Shown here piece after piece: positions 51,269 through 62,812 of a stretch of 64,000 bases of DNA (positions are counted from its first letter, which is position 1; the number at the start of each line of letters is the position of its first letter). The notes under the pieces were generated by a model. That model searched no databases. It had not been told where the DNA came from and was given only the letters and a program-made list of their open reading frames with translations. This DNA comes from an uncultured Gammaproteobacteria bacterium (lineage in GTDB: Bacteria > Pseudomonadota > Gammaproteobacteria > UBA4575): contig CALSUC010000002.1 of the NCBI GenBank assembly GCA_943789445.1, positions 460,256 through 524,255 on the forward strand, read 5' to 3'. The translations under genes were made by a program, and so were the position numbers.

Positions 51269-51304
51269 AAAAAAGGCTGCTAAGCGAACTTAGCAGCCTT
51301 TTTT
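51269..51304. terminator. Bidirectional rho-independent terminator
   Basis: A6-GGCTGCTAAG-CGAA-CTTAGCAGCC-T6. Confidence 0.92.
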
Positions 51305-51333
51305 GATGGGCTTATCTAAAACAAATAACGGCT

Positions 51334-52842
<1,509 letters not shown>

Positions 52843-52889
52843 CTACAGCCCTTTTCATAAGACCTAAGAAGAACACAAGTAGGAAGCAG

Positions 52890-54278
52890 ATGAGCACAAA
52901 ATACAGAATAGAAAAAGACAGTATGGGTGAACTACAGGTGCCAGAAGACGCCTTATACGGTGCCCAGACCCAACGCGCAGTGAATAATTTTCCAATCAGT
53001 GGCCTGCCAATGCCGCGCAGCTTTATTCGCGCTTTAGGCCTGATTAAATCCGCCTGTGCTAGTGCCAACCTAGATCTAGGGTTGATGGAGCAAGCGACTG
53101 CAGACGCGATCATCGCGGCAGCCAAAACTGTGACTAATGGTGAAGTTGATACCCATTTTCCAGTCGACGTCTTCCAGACCGGTTCAGGTACTAGCTCGAA
53201 TATGAATTGTAATGAAGTGATCGCTCATCTAGCGGCCAATGCTGGTGCTAGTGATGTGCACCCGAATGATCACGTCAATATGGGCCAAAGCTCAAACGAC
53301 GTCATTCCAACGGCGATTCATGTCAGTGCCAGCATCGAGATTGCTGAGCAGTTACTACCGGCATTAGATCACCTGGCGACTACCTTACGTAGCAAAGCAG
53401 GCGAACTAGAAGGCGCAGTTAAAACCGGGCGTACGCATCTAATGGATGCGATGCCAGTGACCCTAGCGCAGGAACTCAATGCCTGGGCGACACAAATCGA
53501 AAATGGTAAGGCCCGCGTACTGTCTGCTATGCCACGGTTGCTTGAACTCGCACAGGGTGGCACCGCTGTTGGTACCGGCATCAACGCACACCCTGATTTC
53601 GCAGTGAAAGTTGCTGAGCACCTCAGTAGTCTTTCCAGCGTCGCCTTCGTTACCAAGCCGGACAAATTTGAAGCACTCAGCAGCCAAGACGCGGCAGTAG
53701 AAATGAGTGGCCAACTAAAGACCATCGCTGTCAGTATGACTAAGATGGCCAACGATCTACGTTGGATGAACTCAGGCCCACTTGCCGGTCTCGGTGAGAT
53801 CGCATTACCAGCCTTACAACCGGGTAGTAGCATCATGCCGGGCAAGGTAAACCCAGTGATCCCAGAGGCGACTGCAATGGTCGCAGCACAGGTCATCGGT
53901 AACGACGCCACGATTACGATTGGTGGTCAGGCCGGTAACTTCCAACTGAATGTGATGTTGCCAGTGATCGCTTACAACTTGCTGCAAAGCATCAGCCTAT
54001 TGGCTAACTCAGCACGTCTAATGGCCGACAGCGCAATCAAAGGCTTTACGGTCAACGACGATGCATTAAACAATGCCTTAAGCCGCAACCCTATTTTAGT
54101 CACTGCACTGAACAGTGTTATCGGCTACGAAAAGGGCGCAGCAGTAGCCAAGAAAGCCTATGCTGAAGGTATTACAGTGGTTGAAGCAGCACTCGCGCTG
54201 ACCGATCTATCGGAACAAGAACTACTTAAACTGCTAGACCCTGCCTTGTTAACTAAAGGTGGCATCCAAGGCCTCTAA
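52890..54278 (+). CDS. fumC: Class II fumarate hydratase
   Basis: FQTGSGTSSNMN, GRTHLMDA, PGSSIMPGKVNP. Confidence 0.96.
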   Translation: MSTKYRIEKDSMGELQVPEDALYGAQTQRAVNNFPISGLPMPRSFIRALGLIKSACASANLDLGLMEQATADAIIAAAKTVTNGEVDTHFPVDVFQTGSGTSSNMNCNEVIAHLAANAGASDVHPNDHVNMGQSSNDVIPTAIHVSASIEIAEQLLPALDHLATTLRSKAGELEGAVKTGRTHLMDAMPVTLAQELNAWATQIENGKARVLSAMPRLLELAQGGTAVGTGINAHPDFAVKVAEHLSSLSSVAFVTKPDKFEALSSQDAAVEMSGQLKTIAVSMTKMANDLRWMNSGPLAGLGEIALPALQPGSSIMPGKVNPVIPEATAMVAAQVIGNDATITIGGQAGNFQLNVMLPVIAYNLLQSISLLANSARLMADSAIKGFTVNDDALNNALSRNPILVTALNSVIGYEKGAAVAKKAYAEGITVVEAALALTDLSEQELLKLLDPALLTKGGIQGL

Positions 54279-54293
54279 GACCGACTAAAGATG

Positions 54294-54326
54294 ACAGGCT
54301 CAGTCAATGCTGAGCCTGTTCTCTTT
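54294..54326 (+). terminator. Probable terminator of fumC
   Basis: ACAGGCTCAG-6 nt-CTGAGCCTGT followed by TCTCTTT. Confidence 0.75.
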
Positions 54327-54417
54327 CAATATTTTATCTATTAAGTTTATCTCGCCATGAATTATTTCACTCATACATATTTAATTGATATATTAAAAAA
54401 TAATATAAATAAACTAT

Positions 54418-54930
54418 ATGGCGAGCTGTATGACTTACTTTGATCTTCTTGTTGTTATCGCGATTCTACTTTCACCAATAATTGCACTTAAAGTGGATGC
54501 GTACTCTTCACATAAGAGAACAAAGGAGAAGAGAAAGGTTGATGTCTTTGAAATACTTATGGCGACAAGAGGTGACACTCTTGCCACTGAGCATGTTCGA
54601 GCTCTGAATATGATTGCATTAGTTTTTTCGGTGAAAGATCAAACTGATAAGGAAGTTTTATCTGCTTGGAAGGAATACCACCATCATTTGTGCGATAGGG
54701 ATTATCTTCCGGCTGGATGGAGAAAGCGTCGTGAAGAGTTATTAATGGAGCTTTTGATAAAAATGGCCGGAGCACTTGGTTATAACTATGATAATGCGGA
54801 TATTAGACTAAGTTATAATCCAGAGGTATACGCCCAAATAGTAAGCCAGCAAGAACAGATTCGCAAAGGTCTGATTGATGTCATAAATGGGAATGCCCCA
54901 ATATCTATAAATGTACGCGAGAATGAGTAG
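54418..54930 (+). CDS. DUF6680-like protein with N-terminal TM
   Basis: LLSPIIA TM; VFEILMATR, HVRALNMI..VF, AWKEY..HL, ALGY. Confidence 0.65.
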   Translation: MASCMTYFDLLVVIAILLSPIIALKVDAYSSHKRTKEKRKVDVFEILMATRGDTLATEHVRALNMIALVFSVKDQTDKEVLSAWKEYHHHLCDRDYLPAGWRKRREELLMELLIKMAGALGYNYDNADIRLSYNPEVYAQIVSQQEQIRKGLIDVINGNAPISINVRENE

Positions 54931-54943
54931 GAGCAAGAAGCTA

Positions 54944-55791
54944 ATGAAAGGCCCAAAATTTTTGCGTTACGTGCGCCCTTTGCTTGAAGTGTTGCGTAGT
55001 GTCGGCGGTTCTGGTGTTACTGCAGATATTATTGATCAAGTGCTTGCAGTGATGAGTGTCTCTGAATCAGAGCTTAGGAGGTGACGGCTTCTGGAGCACC
55101 GAAAGTACGTAATCAGGTGCAATGGGCTCGTTTATATTTAGTAAAGGCTAGTTTTATCGATGCTTCAAGACGAGGGGTCTGGAGTCTGACTTCTAAAGCT
55201 TATGAGACTCCATTGTTAACGGATGAGGATGTCCATACATTATTTCAAATGGTTTCTCGTAGCTACCAGTCAGAGAGGAAAGAAAAGTCTGCTAAGAATG
55301 GTGATGACGATGGGGAGCTTACGCTTGAAGATGAATTGCATGGTGATAGCCTCCTTAGTATTTTAAAGGGCCTAAGTGCAGAAGGGTTTGAACAGATTTG
55401 TAAGCGTTTGTTATCGGAAATTGGTATCCATGATGTGCAGGTGACTGGTGGGTCTAACGATAAAGGTATTGACGGTACTGGTGTGATTAAGGTCAATGAC
55501 GTTGTTGGTTTTAATATCATTTTTCAATGTAAGCGCTATAAGGAATCAGTAGGTCCTCATTACGTGCGGGATTTTCGCGGTTCGATGCAAGGTAGAGCAG
55601 ATAAAGGCATTATCTTGACGACGGGATGGTTTAGTTCAGAGGCAAAGAAAGAGGCTGTGCGTGATGGTGTGCCACCGATTGAGTTGATTGACGGTGAGCG
55701 GCTTGTGTCTCTATTTGAAAAGCACCAGCTAGGCTTAAAGCCTAAAACTGTTTATGACATTGACTCTAGCTTCTTTGCCCACTATCAGTAG
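54944..55791 (+). pseudogene. mrr: Mrr-type (type IV) restriction endonuclease, frameshifted near 55076
   Basis: ATG 54944 gives Mrr_N-like MKGPKFLRYVRPLLEVLRSVGGSG...SESEL then TGA 55082-55084; shifted frame continues TASGAPKVRNQVQWAR and the catalytic domain (DKGIDG, QCKRY, LIDG). Confidence 0.85.
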
Positions 55792-55916
55792 TAAGAAGGT
55801 GAACTAGTTACAACCTTCGCACTTAAATAGAGTCTTAGAAAGGATTGCAAGGATACTGAAAGGTAAAGCGATCAGTAGCTTGAATTGCTCAAGCTATTAC
55901 TTAGGTGACTTATAAA

Positions 55917-55955
55917 TTAAAGGAATCAGAGGTCTATCTGTTCTGATCCCTTTAA
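55917..55955 (-). terminator. Probable terminator of cupin gene
   Basis: 14-bp stem TTAAAGGGATCAGA/TCTGATTCCTTTAA on minus strand (one G-U pair), followed by T-rich run. Confidence 0.55.
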
Positions 55956-55984
55956 CTCTATCTCTAATTAATTTTTAGAGATTT

Positions 55985-56269
55985 TTATTCTGCGTCGTGG
56001 GTGTAATGCTTACGTAACTGCTTAGTTACAGACCAAACGCTTTTCAGACCTTTTGGAAAAGTGATGTAATCACCTGGAACCAATGTCACTGGCTCACCGC
56101 CATCAGGCGTAACAACGATCTCGCCTTCTAAGATGTAAGATCGCTCAAGTTCTTGATCAAAATCAAGTCTGAACTGTCTAACTTCACATTCCCAAACATT
56201 CCAATCAGAAATACCTAATTCGGCCTTACGTGCATCAGTAAGGTCCTTTTCAACGCTAATCTCTGGCAT
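55985..56269 (-). CDS. Cupin_3 (DUF861) protein
   Basis: W..WECE...F, E.SYILEG.I.V, GDYITFPKGL..VW, RKHY. Confidence 0.88.
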   Translation of the reverse strand: MPEISVEKDLTDARKAELGISDWNVWECEVRQFRLDFDQELERSYILEGEIVVTPDGGEPVTLVPGDYITFPKGLKSVWSVTKQLRKHYTHDAE

Positions 56270-56394
56270 ATCAATCCTAATTTATTTTAATTTAAATAAA
56301 CCCATCTAATGAGTACTTCATTATTAGCTGAATTTTATCGGCGAGCGGATGATAACAGAGTTAAGTGACCTGCACTAAATATGGCTTTTATTTT

Positions 56395-57252
56395 CTAGGT
56401 TTTCTGTGGTTTATAAATCAACACGATCCCAGCCAGGATGATCAAGGCGGCACCGATGACAGTTTGCAACTCCGGTAATTCATTCCAGAACAGATAACCG
56501 GCGATGGTTGCCCAGATCAAGGAGGAGTAGGTAAAGGTGGCTACCTGGCTGGCAGGTGCCATTCGATAACCCTGTGTTAGGCAGAGTTGGCCACAGGTGC
56601 CGAGTATGCCGAGGAGTAATAGCCATGGCCAGTGTGTGGTGCTGGGCCAGTGTGTGTCGCCAATGAATAACGATAGGCTTGAGAGGAGGGTGGCAAACAA
56701 GGCGAAGTAAAAGACGATACGGGTAGCCGGCTCAGTGTCAGACATCTTACGAATAGAGACCTTAGCGAGTCCGGCAAAGGCTCCGCCAGCTAAGCCGATA
56801 ATGCCAGCCATTTGAATGCCTGCCTGCGGATCCAAAAAGACAGTGACACCAAAGAAGCCTAAGGCGATCGCAAAAATTGTCTTGGCGTTGATCTGTTCTT
56901 TAATCCAGAGCACGGCGATGATCGGGATGAACAACGGTACGGTCATCTTTAACAACATGGCGTTGGCCAGCTGAATGTTAGCTAAGGCATAGAAGAAGCA
57001 GAACATGGCCAATAACCCACTGCTAGCACGCAGTAGGTGTAACTTGATTCGGTCGGTCTTGAGCCCGTTGAGGCCGTTACGGTAAAGGATTGGGATCAGC
57101 ACCAGTGCGCCGAAGATGTTGCGGAAGAACACCAGTTGCTGACTGCTGAAGGTCTCGCTGAGTATCTTGATCAGCATGCCCATGCCGACGAAGAGTAGCT
57201 CGCCTGCCATCACAAAGAGGCTGCCTAATAGTAGTGTTTTATTTAATGGCAT
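56395..57252 (-). CDS. DMT/EamA family transporter
   Basis: VFFRN, LLRA..G, RIVFYF, GQLCLT.GY..APAS. Confidence 0.9.
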   Translation of the reverse strand: MPLNKTLLLGSLFVMAGELLFVGMGMLIKILSETFSSQQLVFFRNIFGALVLIPILYRNGLNGLKTDRIKLHLLRASSGLLAMFCFFYALANIQLANAMLLKMTVPLFIPIIAVLWIKEQINAKTIFAIALGFFGVTVFLDPQAGIQMAGIIGLAGGAFAGLAKVSIRKMSDTEPATRIVFYFALFATLLSSLSLFIGDTHWPSTTHWPWLLLLGILGTCGQLCLTQGYRMAPASQVATFTYSSLIWATIAGYLFWNELPELQTVIGAALIILAGIVLIYKPQKT

Positions 57253-57257
57253 AAAGC

Positions 57258-57283
57258 AAAAACCCCGCCGAAGCGGGGTTCTT
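57258..57283 (-). terminator. Rho-independent terminator of acnA
   Basis: Minus strand AACCCCGC-TTCG-GCGGGGTTTTT. Confidence 0.85.
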
Positions 57284-57308
57284 AAGAGTCTTACTTGAGG
57301 CTTTGATT

Positions 57309-59969
57309 CTAAGCTGCAAGTTGACGCAGTACATAGTGCAAGATACCGCCGTTCTGGTAGTACTCGATCTCTTGTGGCGTATCGATACGAACCTTAGCGG
57401 TGAAGGTGATGCTGCTGCCGTCTTCTTTGGTAGCAACCACTTCAACAGATTTCGCAGTACCGTTAGTTAGACCAACGATATCGATGCTTTCACGACCACT
57501 TAAGCCGATGCTTTCTGCGTTCTGACCTTCTTCATACTGTAGTGGCAAGATACCCATGCCAACTAAGTTTGAACGGTGAATACGCTCGTAGCTTTCTGCA
57601 ATAACTGCACTCACACCTAGTAGACGTGGACCTTTTGCTGCCCAGTCACGTGATGAGCCACTGCCGTACTCTTTGCCTGCCAAAATGATGGTAGGGACAC
57701 TATCAGCTTGATACTGCATCGCTGCTTCAAAGATGGTTGTTTCAGTGTCTGCAGGTTGCATGCGAGTGAAGCCACCCTCAGTGCCTGGAGCCATCTTGTT
57801 ACGCAAACGGATGTTGGCAAAGGTGCCACGCATCATGATCTCGTGGTTACCACGACGTGAGCCATAAGAGTTGAAGTCACCTGGGCTAACCCCTTTCTCT
57901 TGCAGGTATTTGCCTGCAGGGCTGTCGGCCTTAATAGAGCCAGCAGGAGAGATGTGGTCAGTAGTTACTGAGTCACCTAGGTAAGCTAGAACACGTGCAC
58001 CTGTAATATCAGCCACTGGGCTGATATCGGCTGTCATGTTCTCGAAGTATGGCGGGTTAGCGACATAGGTTGAGTCATCCCAGCTGTAAAGCTGGCTTTC
58101 TTCAACGTCTAACTTGGCCCAGTTTGCATCACCTGCAAATAGGTCTTTGTAAGACTTAGTGAATTGCTCAACAGTTAAGAAATCACGCACGGTATCGGCG
58201 ACTTCTTTCTGTGTTGGCCAGATATCTTTCAGGAAGACTTCTTTGCCATCAGCCGTTGTTGTTAGCGGCTCGTTGTAAACGTCGATATCCATACGGCCGG
58301 CAATAGCGTAAGCCACGACCAATGGTGGTGAAGCAAGGTAGTTCATCTTCACTTCGGCGTGTACGCGACCTTCAAAGTTACGGTTGCCTGATAGGACAGA
58401 AGTCACTGTTAGATCGTTATCGATGATCGCCTTAGAGACTGGCTCAGGTAATGGACCTGAGTTACCAATACAAGTGGTACAGCCATAACCAACTACGTGG
58501 AAACCTAAGCTCTTTAGTGGGTCGAGTAGGCCTGCATTTTCTAGGTATTCAGTAACTACCAGTGATCCCGGTGCTAGTGAAGTCTTAACCCAAGGTTTAA
58601 CTTTAACGCCTAGAGCTGCTGCCTTCTTCGCAACCAAGCCTGCACCTAACATAACGTTAGGGTTAGAGGTGTTGGTGCAAGAGGTAATCGCTGCAATAAC
58701 CACTGCGCCATCATTTAGCGCAAACTCGCTACCGTTGTATTCAACTTGAGCAGTGCCAGCAGACTTTGTGCCACGTTCTTTTTGTAGTGCAGCATGAGCA
58801 TCTACATACATAGACTTAGAGTCACTTAGTGGTACACGATCCTGTGGACGTTTTGGTCCCGCGAGGCTAGGCACTACAGTGCTCATGTCTAGGCTTAGGT
58901 TTTCGCTGTATTCTGCAGTTGTTGAGTTTTCGTCATTCCACATGCCCTGTGCTTTCGCATAGGCTTCAACTAGTGCGACTTGGTCTGCGTCACGGCCAGA
59001 AAGTGCGAGGAAGTCGATAGTTTCTTGGTCAACTGGGAAGATGCCACAGGTAGCGCCGTACTCAGGTGCCATGTTCGCGATAGTTGCGCGGTCACCTAAT
59101 GGTAAGTTAGCAAGACCTTCACCGTGGAATTCAACAAACTTTCCAACTACACCGTGCTGACGCAGGGTATCAACGATGGTTAGCACTAAGTCAGTTGCTG
59201 TTGCGCCTTCTGGCACCTTGCCAGTCAGTTCAAAGCCAACGACTTTTGGAATTAACATAGAGATAGGTTGACCAAGCATAGAAGCTTCAGCTTCGATGCC
59301 ACCAACACCCCAACCAAGGACGCCAACGCCGTTGATCATGGTGGTGTGTGAGTCGGTACCAACTAATGTATCTGGGTAAGCTTGAGTGGTGCCGTTGTTG
59401 TCTTGTGTGAAGACAACGCGTGCTAGGTACTCTAAGTTAACCTGATGCACGATACCGGTGTCTGGTGGTACAACCTTGAAGTTAGAAAATGCCTTTTGGC
59501 CCCATTTCAAGAAGTTGTAACGCTCACGGTTGCGTGAGAACTCTAAGCTAGCGTTGAGGTCCATCGCTTGGTCTGAACCAAACTCATCTACCTGTACTGA
59601 GTGGTCAATAACTAACTCAGCTGGCTGTAGTGGATTAATCTTGTTTGGGTCGCCGCCAAGCTGTTTCATTGCATCACGCATGGCTGCTAGATCTACTACA
59701 GCGGGTACGCCGGTGAAATCTTGCATTAATACGCGAGCAGGGCGATAGGCGATCTCTTTTGATGGATCAGCACTAGGGTCCCATTGGAGGATGGCTTCAA
59801 TGTCATTCTTATCTACAGTCTTTCCATCTTCATGGCGAAGAAGGTTCTCGAGAAGAATCTTCATGGAGAATGGGAGGCGTTCTGCGCCTGCAACCTTGGT
59901 CAGTTGGAATATCTCGTATTCCTTGCCGTCTACGTTCAGAGACGCACGTGCATCGAAGCTATTACTCAT
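57309..59969 (-). CDS. acnA: Aconitate hydratase A
   Basis: [52 protein letters not shown]. Confidence 0.99.
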   Translation of the reverse strand: MSNSFDARASLNVDGKEYEIFQLTKVAGAERLPFSMKILLENLLRHEDGKTVDKNDIEAILQWDPSADPSKEIAYRPARVLMQDFTGVPAVVDLAAMRDAMKQLGGDPNKINPLQPAELVIDHSVQVDEFGSDQAMDLNASLEFSRNRERYNFLKWGQKAFSNFKVVPPDTGIVHQVNLEYLARVVFTQDNNGTTQAYPDTLVGTDSHTTMINGVGVLGWGVGGIEAEASMLGQPISMLIPKVVGFELTGKVPEGATATDLVLTIVDTLRQHGVVGKFVEFHGEGLANLPLGDRATIANMAPEYGATCGIFPVDQETIDFLALSGRDADQVALVEAYAKAQGMWNDENSTTAEYSENLSLDMSTVVPSLAGPKRPQDRVPLSDSKSMYVDAHAALQKERGTKSAGTAQVEYNGSEFALNDGAVVIAAITSCTNTSNPNVMLGAGLVAKKAAALGVKVKPWVKTSLAPGSLVVTEYLENAGLLDPLKSLGFHVVGYGCTTCIGNSGPLPEPVSKAIIDNDLTVTSVLSGNRNFEGRVHAEVKMNYLASPPLVVAYAIAGRMDIDVYNEPLTTTADGKEVFLKDIWPTQKEVADTVRDFLTVEQFTKSYKDLFAGDANWAKLDVEESQLYSWDDSTYVANPPYFENMTADISPVADITGARVLAYLGDSVTTDHISPAGSIKADSPAGKYLQEKGVSPGDFNSYGSRRGNHEIMMRGTFANIRLRNKMAPGTEGGFTRMQPADTETTIFEAAMQYQADSVPTIILAGKEYGSGSSRDWAAKGPRLLGVSAVIAESYERIHRSNLVGMGILPLQYEEGQNAESIGLSGRESIDIVGLTNGTAKSVEVVATKEDGSSITFTAKVRIDTPQEIEYYQNGGILHYVLRQLAA

Positions 59970-60047
59970 AATTTTCCTCAGAAAAGATAAATTTGGAATC
60001 TTGAAGGCGCGCGATTATCGCTCATTTTGTCGACAGTTTGTAGCGTG

Positions 60048-60665
60048 TTAGGTCAATAAATGATCGATATGGCGTAAATATTTGGATTTTCCGACTAGGA
60101 AGTTGAACTGAGTGCCGCCAGCTTGGCGCCATAAGACGATACTACGTACTGCCGCCAGTAATAATGCGCGGATGGCATTACTGTGCTGAGCTTCGGTCAA
60201 AAGATTGGCTTGCCCATGAATTATCAGTTGTGGGCGAAATGGACTGATGGTGTTTTGGTAGAGTCTGGCCAGTCGTTGTAAGACATAGTCACGTTGACTC
60301 TGTAGGTCGTGTATCTCGCCCTGTAAAATATTTAAGGTGGTGCTGACCTGAGAGACAAGATTGGTGTCGGCTAGGAACTTTTTAGTCAGTACGTTTAGAG
60401 TTGCAAAGTAACGTAAACGCTCCATCGCGGTCTTATCGGTATCTTGGCCTAAGGTGCTTGCAAGTACATTCAGCCCTTCCTGTATTCTGTCTACGCCACC
60501 ATAGACCGCTACATAGCTTTCCGGGTCTTCAATGAATAGGCTGGTTAGGCAGGGATCTACGGTGGCGGCATCATAACTACCATGCCATGCGATTTGCTGC
60601 ACTTGTGCTAGGCATTGTTGCATGCCTGCAAGGGCGATGGTACGGGCTTCATAATCCTGGGTCAT
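60048..60665 (-). CDS. hflD: High-frequency lysogenization protein HflD
   Basis: IALAG, VYGG, LYQNTIS, IRALLLA..R..VLWRQAGG; follows mnmA. Confidence 0.9.
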   Translation of the reverse strand: MTQDYEARTIALAGMQQCLAQVQQIAWHGSYDAATVDPCLTSLFIEDPESYVAVYGGVDRIQEGLNVLASTLGQDTDKTAMERLRYFATLNVLTKKFLADTNLVSQVSTTLNILQGEIHDLQSQRDYVLQRLARLYQNTISPFRPQLIIHGQANLLTEAQHSNAIRALLLAAVRSIVLWRQAGGTQFNFLVGKSKYLRHIDHLLT

Positions 60666-60717
60666 GCTTGAATCCTAGTAAAATATGGTGGCGATGATGG
60701 CTGTGCTCGTTTATAGG

Positions 60718-61800
60718 TTACTTCCGTAACTGAATGACGGCTCCACCCAAGCAGCGGTCTTGCTCATAGAGTACGGCGAACTGTCCTGGTGTGACAGCCC
60801 GTTGGGCTTGGTCAAAGGCCAATTCCCAATGACCACTTTCATTACGTAGCAGCTGACAGGTTTGATGTGACTGACGGTAGCGAATCTTAGCGCTACAGTG
60901 ACAATTGTCACGACGGTCTTCTGGGTCAATCCAATGCATATCTTCTAACTGCAGACGCTGATTAAACAGTGCCGGATGATCGCTGCCTTGGGCCACGATA
61001 ACCCTATTGTTTGTCATGTCCTTATCCACTACATACCAGGGTTCGGCAGAACTGTCGGCACGGCCGCCTATACCTAAGCCTTGACGCTGTCCGATAGTGA
61101 AGAAGGTGGCGCCTTGATGATCACCGATGATATTGCCATCCAGATCAACGATATCACCACGCTTATTGGGTAGATATTGCTGCAAGAATTCACTGAACTT
61201 ACGTTCACCAATAAAACAGATGCCAGTGCTGTCTTTCTTGTCATGGATTGCTAGATCAAGATCAGCAGCGATGTGACGCACCTCAGGTTTTTCTAAGGCG
61301 CCTAGTGGCATCAGCGATTTACTCAGTTGAGCTTGGTTCAAGCCATGCAGAAAATAACTTTGATCTTTGCCTTGGTCTAAACCACAGAGCAATTGATAAC
61401 GCCCGTGTTGTTCTGCAATACGTGCATAGTGTCCTGTCGCAATGCGATCGACACCTAACTGGCTGGCGTATTCTAAAAAGACCTTAAACTTAATCTCGGT
61501 ATTGCACAGGATGTCCGGATTGGGTGTGCGTCCAGCGCGGTGTTCAGCAAGGAAGTATTCAAACACTGAGTCCCAGTATTCGCTGGAAAAATTAACGGTT
61601 TTCAGTGGGATCTCAAGCTTGGCACAGACCTCTTCAGCATCGGCAAGGTCTTCGGTAGCGGAGCAGTGCTCATCATCGTCTTCATCCCAGTTCTTCATAA
61701 AGACGGCCTGCACATCATAGCCTTGGCGTTGTAATAGGTGAGCGCAGACAGCGGAGTCGACACCACCTGATAATCCCACCACTATTGATTCTTTAGTCAT
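60718..61800 (-). CDS. mnmA: tRNA 2-thiouridylase MnmA
   Basis: SGGVDS, MKNW, TPNPDILCN, ATGHYA, KDQSYFL, KDSTGICFIG. Confidence 0.98.
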   Translation of the reverse strand: MTKESIVVGLSGGVDSAVCAHLLQRQGYDVQAVFMKNWDEDDDEHCSATEDLADAEEVCAKLEIPLKTVNFSSEYWDSVFEYFLAEHRAGRTPNPDILCNTEIKFKVFLEYASQLGVDRIATGHYARIAEQHGRYQLLCGLDQGKDQSYFLHGLNQAQLSKSLMPLGALEKPEVRHIAADLDLAIHDKKDSTGICFIGERKFSEFLQQYLPNKRGDIVDLDGNIIGDHQGATFFTIGQRQGLGIGGRADSSAEPWYVVDKDMTNNRVIVAQGSDHPALFNQRLQLEDMHWIDPEDRRDNCHCSAKIRYRQSHQTCQLLRNESGHWELAFDQAQRAVTPGQFAVLYEQDRCLGGAVIQLRK

Positions 61801-61814
61801 GATTTACTCTATAG

Positions 61815-62273
61815 CTACCAGCTTTCTTTGACTTCAGTCAGCAGATCAAGGCTGTAACGAATGCCATTTTCATAATCTTCTATACTTTTTAGTACTAGGG
61901 CACTGCGGCGCTGTAATTCATCTAGGGCCTCGATTTCGGGGCGCGTCATCCAGCAAGCTTCAATAATGCCATGGTCTAGCTCTAATTCTGGGTGAAAGGC
62001 AGTCGCTTTACCGCAGAACGTGGTGCGCACAAACACGCTGTCCTCTTCTGGGTGTGGCCAGCGGTAGATGCCAACAATGGCCTCAGGCTGGTAATCCCAA
62101 GCGGTTTCTTCCAATGTCTCGCGGATAGAGGCCTGAATAAAGGTCTCATTGATCTCCCAATGCCCTGCAGGCTGATTGTAGACCTCTAGGCCATTGGCCA
62201 TCTCTTTAACCATGAGATAGGAGCCATCTTTTTCAATAACGGCTGCAACTGTGATGTGTGAGCTGTAGGACAT
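61815..62273 (-). CDS. nudJ: NUDIX hydrolase NudJ
   Basis: HITVAAVI, NQPAGH, RETLEET; upstream of mnmA. Confidence 0.88.
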   Translation of the reverse strand: MSYSSHITVAAVIEKDGSYLMVKEMANGLEVYNQPAGHWEINETFIQASIRETLEETAWDYQPEAIVGIYRWPHPEEDSVFVRTTFCGKATAFHPELELDHGIIEACWMTRPEIEALDELQRRSALVLKSIEDYENGIRYSLDLLTEVKESW

Positions 62274-62466
62274 GACTGCTTGGTGCCTTTTTAAAGAGGG
62301 CGTTATTAATCGCTTTTCTGCCTTAATTTCGCCGATTTGTATAGTTCAATCTTAGATATATGGGTTTTTTACAGGCCTTCTGTTATTTTCATATCTAGCG
62401 GTCTATATTTAGTCATAATTCATGGCCGTATAATACTCGAATTAGCGAACATGGCGCACAAATTGA

Positions 62467-62790
62467 ATGTCTACAGATAAGGATCATCAACACGGTGATG
62501 ATGGGGTTGCAGTAGAAGAGGCTCCCCCAAAACTAAAACAACCACCGATGTATAAAGTTTTATTGCTTAATGATGACTACACTCCAATGGAGTTTGTAGT
62601 TCACATTTTGGAAAATTTTTTTCGTATGGACCGCGAGCAGGCAACGCGTGTCATGCTAAATGTGCATACGCATGGCAAAGGTATTTGCGGAACGTATACG
62701 CGCGAAGTGGCTGAGACCAAAGTGGCTCAGGTGAACGAATACTCACGTCAGAATAGTCATCCTCTTTTATGTGATATGGAAGAAGCATAA
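62467..62790 (+). CDS. clpS: Clp protease adaptor ClpS
   Basis: [24 protein letters not shown]. Confidence 0.97.
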   Translation: MSTDKDHQHGDDGVAVEEAPPKLKQPPMYKVLLLNDDYTPMEFVVHILENFFRMDREQATRVMLNVHTHGKGICGTYTREVAETKVAQVNEYSRQNSHPLLCDMEEA

Positions 62791-62812
62791 AGCGATCAAT
62801 GAGAGCAAATTA

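Noticed and set aside
55795..55980. Cluster of hairpins after mrr as ncRNA or integron attC site
   Set aside because: No RYYYAAC/GTTRRRY core pair seen; convergent-gene terminators explain them
60048..60665. hflD as a prophage marker
   Set aside because: Host core gene in its usual position after mnmA
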